Assembly: GCA_003345555.1 (NCBI GenBank)
Contig: PRDJ01000036.1
Location: 60,001 to 92,000 of the forward strand
Direction of reading: 5' to 3'
Source: Candidatus Thorarchaeota archaeon
GTDB lineage: Archaea; Asgardarchaeota; Thorarchaeia; Thorarchaeales; Thorarchaeaceae
Length of the DNA: 32,000 nt
Part shown: one piece after another, positions 1 to 7,737 of the stretch
Layout of the letters: every line of letters starts with the position of its first letter
How positions within the stretch are numbered: the stretch's first letter is position 1
The notes under the pieces: generated by a model
Told to the model about the DNA's origin: nothing
The model's input: the letters and a program-made list of their open reading frames with translations, nothing else
Databases searched by the model: none
Made by a program: the position numbers and the translations under genes

Positions 1-165
1 TTCCTTGTCATCACAGGGACTCACAAAACCGCATATCTGAAACTGACCAAACTGACTGGGCAAGTCAGCAACTGCAACAAGCCGAACGCAACATTCAATG
101 GGATCGCACGTATGCCCGACACTTTCTTTTATTAGAGATGCAATCTTCTCTTTTGACAGCTTCAT
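1..165 (-). CDS. ribA: GTP cyclohydrolase II (RibA)-like protein, N-terminal 55 codons only; runs off the window start
   Basis: Not in the ORF track. Manual minus-strand translation from ATG at 165 (GAGG just upstream) gives MKLSKEKIASLIKESVGHTCDPIECCVRLVAVADLPSQFGQFQICGFVSPCDDKE, open to base 1. 'VAVADLPSQFGQF..GF....D.KE' matches the recalled RibA N-terminal pattern (VAEAxLPTxxGxFxxxGF...D.KEH). Catalytic residues lie outside the window. Confidence 0.7.
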   Translation of the reverse strand, partial: MKLSKEKIASLIKESVGHTCDPIECCVRLVAVADLPSQFGQFQICGFVSPCDDKE

Positions 166-280
166 CCTCGACACCCTATGCATCCAAACGCATGTGATTG
201 GCCCGGGATTGAGGTCGGTCTCTTCCCAGACCTACCTCGAACTTCGCGCTGGAACGAATCGCATTGTCCTTTCCTTCGCT

Positions 281-288
281 CTTTATAC
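281..288. promoter_or_regulatory. Candidate TATA box in the divergent ribA / F420-beta intergenic region
   Basis: CTTTATAC reads as TTTATA on + and TATAAAG on -, between two divergent starts (165 and 384). Motif match only. Confidence 0.3.
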
Positions 289-383
289 CTTTGTGTCCGT
301 TAGCGTCAGTGCTATATGGTCATCAGCTACGCGGTTGCCAAGCACATTCGAATGAGAGACGGTGCACGAATTTGACCGACTTC

Positions 384-1445
384 ATGGAAGAGAACCTTGT
401 CAAGGCCCAAGCTTGGTTGAAACAGAATACTAAGAGGTATGCCTTCAAGAAACTCGAGAAGGAGATCGTTAGAACAGAAGTATGTACTGAGTGCGGCAGC
501 TGTGTCTCCTTCTGCCCCGTGAATGCACTGACGGGAGACTACTCTTCTGGAAAGTATGTTCCGACGCTAACGGGCAATTGCATAAGTTGTGGAATATGCT
601 ACACTTTGTGCCCGCGAACTGTTGTTCTTTCCCGGGATTTGATTGGTGATTTCAAGAGTGCTTGGAGGATTAGGTCAAAGATAGAGAACCAGACACGGCA
701 AGATGGGGGCGCAGTAACAGCAGTCTTGGCATTCATGCTTGAAAAGCACATGATAGACGGCGCAATCGTTACAAAGCAGGACTCCAGCAAGCCATGGATG
801 CCAGTTCCGTTCTTGGCGAGGAAGAGACAAGATGTGCTTTCCTCCGCTGGCACGATCTACACTCACTCTCCCATTGTGACTGAGATGATGAAAGCTCTCA
901 GAAGTGGCCTTCACAATCTGGCCATTGTAGGAACATCGTGTCATATCGATTCTATCCAGAAAATGGAGCGCCACCCGGCGGGATTCTTTGCAGGCGCAAG
1001 CGTGTTCAAGGTAGGCTTGTTCTGTACGGAGTCATTTGGCTACCAAGGGTTGGTGGGCTTCTTTCAAAACGCGGGCTTGGACATTAAGAGCATCGGTCGA
1101 ATGACAATATCATCTGGCGTCTTCAGCGCTACGACACCCACTGGAAAGCAAGAGTGGCCTGTGAAGGTATTGGGCGGGGTTGCGGCCAAGTCGTGCTCAT
1201 ACTGTCGTGACTTCACGTGCAAGAATGCAGACATATCATGCGGCAATGTGGGCTCGGATCCCGGCTGGACAATGGTCCTTGCTAGGAGCGAGCAAGGCGA
1301 GAAGGTGCTTCAAGACGCTATAACCAAGGGTGTCATAGAAGGCGAACGGGTAGATGTCAAGTTGCTGGAAGCAATCGAGAAATCCGCGCGTTCAAAGGCG
1401 ATGCGATATTACTCTTTGAAGCCCGGACAAGGAACAGACGAATGA
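384..1445 (+). CDS. F420 hydrogenase/dehydrogenase beta-subunit family protein with N-terminal 2x[4Fe-4S] ferredoxin (FpoF/FrhB-like)
   Basis: Two ferredoxin motifs (CTECGSCVSFCP, CISCGICYTLCP), then FrhB hallmarks QDGGAVTA, SSAGTIYT, AIVGTSCHI, VGLFCTESF, CSYCRDFT..ADISCGNVGS..GWT. Start moved from 264 to the in-frame ATG at 384 (MEENLVK) because the first 40 codons do not look protein-like. Confidence 0.88.
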   Translation: MEENLVKAQAWLKQNTKRYAFKKLEKEIVRTEVCTECGSCVSFCPVNALTGDYSSGKYVPTLTGNCISCGICYTLCPRTVVLSRDLIGDFKSAWRIRSKIENQTRQDGGAVTAVLAFMLEKHMIDGAIVTKQDSSKPWMPVPFLARKRQDVLSSAGTIYTHSPIVTEMMKALRSGLHNLAIVGTSCHIDSIQKMERHPAGFFAGASVFKVGLFCTESFGYQGLVGFFQNAGLDIKSIGRMTISSGVFSATTPTGKQEWPVKVLGGVAAKSCSYCRDFTCKNADISCGNVGSDPGWTMVLARSEQGEKVLQDAITKGVIEGERVDVKLLEAIEKSARSKAMRYYSLKPGQGTDE

Positions 1446-1574
1446 GTACTCTTCGGCAAGAGCCTCCTGCACGAGACCGCATTAAGGGAGTACGAACAGC
1501 CAGCCCGATGAGACCACCAATGCGAGAAGGAACTTGAGTCTCATTCATAAGGTCGTCCTGCAAAAAGATTGGTG

Positions 1575-2093
1575 ATGCGTCGTAACATACTGCTGACCGG
1601 AAGACCAGGCATAGGCAAGAGCACAGTTATCAGGAAGGTCATTGGCGTACTCGGAGAGACACAATTTGAAGGGTTCTGGACGAGCGAAGTTCGCCTCGGG
1701 ACTGAGAGGGTAGGATTCAGCATAAGCACCATTGATGGCCAACAGGGCATGCTTGCAGGAATGGACTCCTATTCGGGACCGCGGATAGGCCGATACATTG
1801 TAAATGTACCTGACATCGATCGCATCATAGTACCCACTCTTAGGCGTGCGAGAGAAACCGGCAAGACAATCGTCATAGATGAGATTGCCAGTATGGAGCT
1901 GACATCCCCCGGTTTTGCTCCCGAAGTCAGGAAGTGTCTCGATACAAGGAGGGTTCTTGGCACGCTCCAGCAAAAGGGAGGAAGCTTCGTCCAAGAGGTG
2001 AAGGAACGTCTTGATGTCGTAGTCCTAGAACTCACAATCTTGAACAGAGACCTAATCCATCGAGACATTCTATCAATGCTACGGCAACAGTGA
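1575..2093 (+). CDS. NTPase_1 / THEP1-family nucleoside triphosphatase
   Basis: Walker A GRPGIGKST, then GFWTSEVR...RVGF, a G(R/K)Y.V motif and Walker B IVIDEIASMEL. In-frame TTG (1569), GTG (1572) and ATG (1575) are adjacent, so the exact start is uncertain by two codons. Confidence 0.9.
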   Translation: MRRNILLTGRPGIGKSTVIRKVIGVLGETQFEGFWTSEVRLGTERVGFSISTIDGQQGMLAGMDSYSGPRIGRYIVNVPDIDRIIVPTLRRARETGKTIVIDEIASMELTSPGFAPEVRKCLDTRRVLGTLQQKGGSFVQEVKERLDVVVLELTILNRDLIHRDILSMLRQQ

Positions 2094-2095
2094 TT

Positions 2096-3856
2096 CTACC
2101 TAGACTTTGTCCTGAAGTACAGCATTGCTATAATTAGCGACGACAGCAGGCCTAGAGCTAGCAATAAGCCCCAAAGATAACCAGGGCTCTCCTCCTGTAA
2201 CATAGACGTGACGACGACTGTCATCCATGGAGTTGTATGGACATTCTTCATGGAAGAATTATCGACCGCGATAACCCTGTAGACGACAATAGATCCTACA
2301 GCATATTCACCCAGTGAGGCCGAGTACAAATCTCTCCCTTGAGACTGCATCGTTGCGTTCACTGTATGGTTTGTGTCGAGTCCCCATTCGACTCTTATGC
2401 TGCTTATGTTATTGATGTCCCAGCAGTAGACTTGGACGGTCAAGTTGTTGGCGTAGCCTGTGGTGAATGACTGGATGACTGCGAAGCCACTAACCGTCGG
2501 GATATGCGCGTCGGCGGTCACGTTAACGGTCGTGACTGTTACAGCACTCTGGTTGAAGAAATCAGTCAACGTCATGTTGTAAACATGAATACCTACTGAG
2601 AGTCGATCTACGTTAACACTCAGGTTCTCGCCTCGCCACGTACCGTTCATTAGCACAGCACCGTCGCGAGTGAGGTTGTACGACCGCGGGTTGCTCTCAT
2701 CTGCACTCCAGTTCAGATAGTTGCCCTTGTAGCCTTCTTCATAACCAAGATAGGCCTTTCCTGTTACAACGGGAGCCCGAATGTCTTTGTAGATTGTGAC
2801 ATTCAATGAGTCAGTGTTGTTGCGTCCGTACTTATCAAAAAGCAGTATTGTGAATGTGTAGTTACCCAAGAAGATCGAATCCAAGCTTGTTGTGACGTCG
2901 TTACCTTCAGGATCGATGAAAGTCCATGAAGCCATAGTGATGTTTGTGGGGCTATGAAAAGCAGAGACATTACCGTAGCTACTGTTGGTATAGAGTGTTG
3001 TCACTCTGACTGTGTAGTTCTTGGGATTGCTGTCATACACATGCCAGACTATCTTGTGTCCCCTTGAGCCAAACTCGAAAGTGAGATCATCGGGCTGGGT
3101 AACGGTCGGAGGAGTCACGTCCAGATAGACAGTGACGTTCACCGAGCTGGTGGCATTGTGTTTGAGAGTGTCGTTGACAAACAGGGTATAGACATACCAG
3201 TGAGTTGCATTCAAGCCGTCCACGTTTATTGATATGTTCGCACCATAGAACTGTCCAGACTTTACAACCGTACGATTACTGGTGGTTTCGTTAGACGTTC
3301 TGGTTACATTGTAGAAATCGGGGTTGCTCTCCGTGATATTCCATGTCACAGTATGTCCGAAGCTACCCTCTTCGTAGCTGAAGTTGGCAGGGGCACTTAT
3401 GATGGGCGATGTTGTATCGGCAATCAGTGTTACAAGAACCTCATCCGACACGGACTCATTGCTGGTGTTGAACACCTTGCAGACAAAGACGAATAGTGCG
3501 GGCAAAGTACTCACTAGCTTCTCAGTGTAGAGGTGGTTCAGAAGCACTTCAATGGCTCCACCTGACCAGGAGCCCGATTTGTGAATCGTACCGTTTCTCG
3601 TTACAGTGTAGTTCTTTGGCGATGGGTCCGTAGAATTCCACACGATTTTCTTGTTTACTGTACCATTCTCGTAAGTCATATCAGAAGGACTGCTGATGCT
3701 GGGAGCCGCTGGAGCGAATTGACCCTCTGGCTTCAGATTGCTAACTAGAGAACTGAAGGACGATGAGACACAGGGTGACAGAACCAACCAAAACACTGTC
3801 ATGACCATGATGAATCTGCTGTGATGGCTCGAAAGCATTGGTGCACCATCCGCCAT
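2096..3856 (-). CDS. Membrane-anchored cell-surface glycoprotein with about five Ig-like beta-sandwich repeats
   Basis: N-terminal hydrophobic signal segment. Four ~95-110 aa repeats of consensus P.i..p.d.tyE.G..g..i.W...dsnP..Y.vtr.g, plus a fifth divergent domain. C-terminal TM helix (YLWGLLLALGLLSSLIIAMLYF) with a basic tail RTKSR. More than 30 N-x-S/T sequons by manual count. Confidence 0.85.
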   Translation of the reverse strand: MADGAPMLSSHHSRFIMVMTVFWLVLSPCVSSSFSSLVSNLKPEGQFAPAAPSISSPSDMTYENGTVNKKIVWNSTDPSPKNYTVTRNGTIHKSGSWSGGAIEVLLNHLYTEKLVSTLPALFVFVCKVFNTSNESVSDEVLVTLIADTTSPIISAPANFSYEEGSFGHTVTWNITESNPDFYNVTRTSNETTSNRTVVKSGQFYGANISINVDGLNATHWYVYTLFVNDTLKHNATSSVNVTVYLDVTPPTVTQPDDLTFEFGSRGHKIVWHVYDSNPKNYTVRVTTLYTNSSYGNVSAFHSPTNITMASWTFIDPEGNDVTTSLDSIFLGNYTFTILLFDKYGRNNTDSLNVTIYKDIRAPVVTGKAYLGYEEGYKGNYLNWSADESNPRSYNLTRDGAVLMNGTWRGENLSVNVDRLSVGIHVYNMTLTDFFNQSAVTVTTVNVTADAHIPTVSGFAVIQSFTTGYANNLTVQVYCWDINNISSIRVEWGLDTNHTVNATMQSQGRDLYSASLGEYAVGSIVVYRVIAVDNSSMKNVHTTPWMTVVVTSMLQEESPGYLWGLLLALGLLSSLIIAMLYFRTKSR

Positions 3857-3898
3857 TGGTCTTGATTGCGGCTAGCGCCCGCTCGAACAGGGGGCCCG

Positions 3899-3964
3899 TT
3901 TTATACTCTTCGGTGGCCGCGTCTCTTCTCTCAGAGAAAGGTCTGTATGGTGAATACTATTAAG
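3899..3964. promoter_or_regulatory. Divergent promoter region with two candidate TATA boxes
   Basis: TTTTATAC at 3899-3906 (TATAAAA on -, about 45 nt before start 3856) and TATTAAG at 3958-3964 (+). AAGGAG RBS at 4011-4016 precedes the gene at 4022. Confidence 0.4.
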
Positions 3965-4021
3965 ACCCTGCGTTGCTACTGACACTGGGACCTATCGGAC
4001 TCATACTGTCAAGGAGAATCG

Positions 4022-4936
4022 TTGATGCCCAAGGCCATCTATGCAATATGGTGGGACCCCAACCTCGGTCCTTTTCTCGGCCGGTCATACCCAGAGAATG
4101 ATCCGCTGACGTCCGAAGAAGCTGTAGTCATCTTCATGGGGCATGGACTGCAACAAGAAGCGAAGGTCGGCTACACAAAGTTGGCAAAGGGGTTGGTGGT
4201 ATCTTATCTTGACAGCCCAAACTGTATCGCGGTACTACTGGATGAGAACGATGATCCCTCAGTTGTCGAAAGGAATCTGCTTAGACTCGTCGGCCGTATC
4301 AATTTCAACAGCAGCAAATGGGATGCGGAGATAACGCGTGCCTTTCTTCTGTTGCAGGAACTCATCGCAGAGACATCTGGCCAAGAGCTGCTTTCCAATC
4401 CCCACGTTACCAGACTTGTCGAAGACATGGCTACGGGTAGAGTGTCAGCCCTGGTTCCTAGGCACGTGCTAAGGGCAACTGCAAAATACCCAAAGGCTTC
4501 GGACTACTTGGGACCCGATGAGGAAGAGGTCTCAAGACTGCTTAAGGATCTAGAACGTGCAGGCCACTTGGTTCCGAAGACATATGGAAGAAGAGTTGAA
4601 TGCAGACAGTGTGGAGGCACCGAAGTCACTCTCGAACTCGCGTGCCCTTCGTGTGGGAGTAATGACATCTACAAAGTCTATCTGGTGTTCTGCCCCAAGT
4701 GCGGTAATAGGACTCAGACAGTACTCGTAGATGACTTGACCGAGGTACGGTGCCAACAATGCAAGCAGCCTGCAAAGGTGTCAGAACTGTCTGTCATAGA
4801 CGTGGAGCTGCTCTGCAAAGGGTGTGGGCAGGCGACAAACGATCCCAAAATTGTACTGTCTTGTGCGAATTGTGGAAAGCACATGACAAACACTGATCTT
4901 TTAGGCGGGACAGGGTTGGCATACTATCCGGCGTAG
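4022..4936 (+). CDS. uDENN/longin-like N-terminal domain + winged-helix-like segment + triple Zn-ribbon (TackOD1-like) protein
   Basis: N-terminus AIYAIWWDPNLGPFLGRSYPE fits the uDENN-type longin start (hydrophobic strand, D/H-P-x-x-G-P, Y/V-P). The middle has a helix plus EEEVSRLLKDLERAGHLV. The C-terminus has six CxxC pairs (CRQC, CPSC, CPKC, CQQC, CKGC, CANC) in the arrangement recalled for thaumarchaeal output domain 1. Confidence 0.7.
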   Translation: MMPKAIYAIWWDPNLGPFLGRSYPENDPLTSEEAVVIFMGHGLQQEAKVGYTKLAKGLVVSYLDSPNCIAVLLDENDDPSVVERNLLRLVGRINFNSSKWDAEITRAFLLLQELIAETSGQELLSNPHVTRLVEDMATGRVSALVPRHVLRATAKYPKASDYLGPDEEEVSRLLKDLERAGHLVPKTYGRRVECRQCGGTEVTLELACPSCGSNDIYKVYLVFCPKCGNRTQTVLVDDLTEVRCQQCKQPAKVSELSVIDVELLCKGCGQATNDPKIVLSCANCGKHMTNTDLLGGTGLAYYPA

Positions 4937-4973
4937 CTCAAGAGGTCAAAGCGTCAATAGATTGCCAGGCCAT

Positions 4974-6584
4974 TCATGACCTCTTTCGCTCAGTCCCCTT
5001 TTGGGGTTTTGACTTGATGGCTTTCTTCAGAGCATCACGCACGTTCGCAAGTATCTTCTCCGCCTGCGATACGCTGAGACCTTTCGCCTTTGATGACAAC
5101 CGCTGAGGTGTCTCGCCTGCGAGTTGCTGTGCCGACTCGTACCCCGCCTCTCGAAGTCTCTCCTCCATTCTTGCACCTATTCCGGGAATCTTGCGTAGTG
5201 GAAGTACCTTCTCCATATCCGGGCCAATTATGTCGTGCATGTCCTTATCGCTGAGCTCTTGCATTCCCATGATGTCAAGCTGGCTCTTTATTGACTCGAA
5301 TTCCCCTGACCCAACGTACTGTTCGACTGTCTGCTTCACAAGGCGTTCGTCGAAATCGAGACTCAACTTCTCTATTTCTATCTCCTTTCCGAGAATCTCT
5401 GGGATGGGTGCAGACCTGTACAGAGCAAGCATTGCAAGAAGAATCGCGATCTGCGTTCCGAGAACTCGCAGATCGGCAGGGGGATACCAGTTGATTACAA
5501 AGGAGACCCGAAGCGATACGGCCCAGAAGAGGGCTACATACCCAGCGAAGAAGATCCATACTGCAGCTGTTCTGCGGCTCTTGGTCCTCGGAGAACCGAT
5601 TTCGGGCCATATCAGTAGCAAGATGAGGCCCAGAAAGAAACCTTCGATGAACCTCTCGGAGACCAGCAAAGCCGCAGCATACAATTGTATGGCCTCCACA
5701 GCAATCGGACTCAGTATTGTCAGTAGACCAAACAGGAGTACTCCGGTAGTGAAGGCGCCCTTTCTCCCTCTCCGGTCAGCGATTGTTCCAGCAACAACAA
5801 TCCCTACAATCATCATAATGGGCTCATAGAGCGAAAGACCCGAGTACTGGCCCAACGATTCGTACGTGCTAAACCCGGCATCTTGGAGCACCTTGATTAT
5901 TCCTAGCTGTGTCCCAAAGTACCACAGGATGTGTCCGGCCATGAGGATTGTGACAGGGATAAAGTACGACAATGCGTTCCCTTGGACGGCAAAGCGTTTG
6001 TACTCCATTCTCCAAGGTTTGAATGCGAGACCGAGTAGTACCGCGCCAACTGCCAGAATCTCCATCACTGGGATTCCTGATGCATCCAGGTTTATTCCAT
6101 ATGAGCCAAGAGCTGAGTAGATAGCAAACAGAACCAGTGAGAAGGTCATGAAAGCCGCGATGACCCTTCCCCGATACTTGGCTACCACGGCCTTGCCGAG
6201 TTGCACAACCCAGCTGAGCAGCATAACCGCCATACCGCTGAAGACGGATACTGTGAACAGCATCTCAAGCCCGGGGGAGGATGTGCTTGGAGTTCCTGTT
6301 TGAACGAGATACATGCCAACAAACAGGGGAACAATCGCGGCAAACGTCGTAATGACATAGCCTCGTCCGATATAATCGACAATGAATCCGGCCACAAGCA
6401 AGGTCAATACTGTAGAAAGGAGACCTATCCCCAAGAACTGTAGATTCTGCCCGCCAAATGCCGGAAAGAGGGCTTGGTTGCTCAATTGAGTAATTGCATA
6501 CATGAAATAGGCCATGGTTGGAGATACTAGCGCGAAGTATGCGGCCTTCCTGAAGGGAAACTCCCTGTACTCAAGCATATCCAA
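4974..6584 (-). CDS. MFS-like multipass transporter fused to a C-terminal helix-hairpin-helix domain
   Basis: About 12 hydrophobic segments. MFS motif A appears in both halves (GFIVDYIGRG; GTIADRRGRK). The soluble tail has LRKIPGIGARMEERLREAGYESAQQLA...KGLSVSQAEKILANV, a RadA-N/HHH_5-type tandem HhH. Start is TTG 6584 or ATG 6578. Confidence 0.8.
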   Translation of the reverse strand: MDMLEYREFPFRKAAYFALVSPTMAYFMYAITQLSNQALFPAFGGQNLQFLGIGLLSTVLTLLVAGFIVDYIGRGYVITTFAAIVPLFVGMYLVQTGTPSTSSPGLEMLFTVSVFSGMAVMLLSWVVQLGKAVVAKYRGRVIAAFMTFSLVLFAIYSALGSYGINLDASGIPVMEILAVGAVLLGLAFKPWRMEYKRFAVQGNALSYFIPVTILMAGHILWYFGTQLGIIKVLQDAGFSTYESLGQYSGLSLYEPIMMIVGIVVAGTIADRRGRKGAFTTGVLLFGLLTILSPIAVEAIQLYAAALLVSERFIEGFFLGLILLLIWPEIGSPRTKSRRTAAVWIFFAGYVALFWAVSLRVSFVINWYPPADLRVLGTQIAILLAMLALYRSAPIPEILGKEIEIEKLSLDFDERLVKQTVEQYVGSGEFESIKSQLDIMGMQELSDKDMHDIIGPDMEKVLPLRKIPGIGARMEERLREAGYESAQQLAGETPQRLSSKAKGLSVSQAEKILANVRDALKKAIKSKPQKGTERKRS

Positions 6585-6737
6585 TCAGTCAATCTGCATC
6601 ATGAGCACGATATTTACGTTTCGTCAGCAGACAGAGATAGAGAGTCACTATCAGTATCCCTTCCGAAGGCACAGAAAATGCAAAACCACTACAATGCTTA
6701 AATCACCGCGAAAGCGAGGGTACAGCTGGCAGAGTCT

Positions 6738-7631
6738 ATGACAGGACCGTTGAAAGTGCAGGAGTTCATGGTTCTGACGGTAGGAGGAATACCCCTCTTC
6801 CATTATTCACCCAATGATTCGAGAAAACTCGATACTCTGCTGTCCGGATTCCTTAGTGCCGTCTCAAGCTTCGCGGCCGAGTTTGGAGAGCGTTCAATCC
6901 AGAGCCTATCCTTTGAAGGCTCGGAGATTCTCTATCAGACAGAAGCAGATGTTCTGTTCGTATTCGTAGTTGGATCTGGTGCAGAGAAGCGCGTCTTGAG
7001 GGCTGTGCTCAGAGACCTTAGTCGCAAGTTCCTCAGTAGCTACCAAGAGGAAATCAAGGCAGACGTTCTCATCGAGGATGCATTCAAGGGCTTTGCCGAC
7101 GAGGTCAAGAGATCCTTCTCGTTCTACGAAGGCGTTCTTGCAGTGGCAGCAAGTCTTAGCTCGTTTGTTGTTCCAAAGATAAACCAGGCAACATTCGATG
7201 CGGCTGTGAGCTTGATGGGGCTTTTGGATGAGCTGCATCGTGATTTTGGTATTGGTGGCAGCAGGATTGTGGATGCAATTGATGGAAAGGCCTCCATCTA
7301 CGATGTAAGTCGAATAACCGGAATTGAGATTGATCAAGTAACAGAGGTTGTCGAGTATCTCGTCATATGGGGTGTAGTCAGGGTGTTTAAGATGTGTCCA
7401 GCAATTCAGGCAAGCGACGCCAGGTTCGACATCTACCTCGATATCGTTGGTCTTCCCAAACGAGACAATCAGATTCTAATTCGAGCAAGACCTTTCTGTA
7501 AAGGCGAGAAGTCACTGGTTGAAATAAGCGAGAAAATAGGAGTCACAGCTGAAAAGCTACACGAGATACTAGGTAAGCTTGGCAATGCCGTAAGCTGGAA
7601 CTACATTGAAGTTACAAGCCTGTCACACTGA
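6738..7631 (+). CDS. Longin domain + two winged-helix domains (NPRL2/NPR2-like C-terminal half)
   Basis: The N-terminal ~115 aa show the Asgard-type longin pattern (FMVLTVGGIPLFHY...LLSGFLSAVSSFAAEF...IQSLSFEGSEILY...LFVFVV...LRDLSRKFL). wHTH1: IVDAIDGKASIYDVSRITGIEIDQVTEVVEYLVIWGVV. wHTH2: ARPFCKGEKSLVEISEKIGVTAEKLHEIL. Confidence 0.8.
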   Translation: MTGPLKVQEFMVLTVGGIPLFHYSPNDSRKLDTLLSGFLSAVSSFAAEFGERSIQSLSFEGSEILYQTEADVLFVFVVGSGAEKRVLRAVLRDLSRKFLSSYQEEIKADVLIEDAFKGFADEVKRSFSFYEGVLAVAASLSSFVVPKINQATFDAAVSLMGLLDELHRDFGIGGSRIVDAIDGKASIYDVSRITGIEIDQVTEVVEYLVIWGVVRVFKMCPAIQASDARFDIYLDIVGLPKRDNQILIRARPFCKGEKSLVEISEKIGVTAEKLHEILGKLGNAVSWNYIEVTSLSH

Positions 7632-7684
7632 ATTGCCTGACCGGATCTACAGGACTCTCGACGACGGATATGGGTCTGGTAAGG

Positions 7685-7730
7685 TATAATAGCAGTGGCA
7701 CCCAGTCACAGGACACGGCTCACCGGGGGT
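7685..7730 (+). promoter_or_regulatory. Candidate TATA box (TATAAT, 7685-7690) and RBS (GGGGGT, 7725-7730) for the gene starting at CTG 7738
   Basis: Both motifs are read directly. The RBS lies 7 nt upstream of CTG 7738. Confidence 0.45.
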
Positions 7731-7737
7731 CACATCG

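Noticed and set aside
98-383. ORF 98..355 (+) and the first 40 codons of ORF 264..1445
   Set aside because: The first overlaps the better-supported ribA on the opposite strand and the divergent promoter region; neither gives a protein-like sequence.
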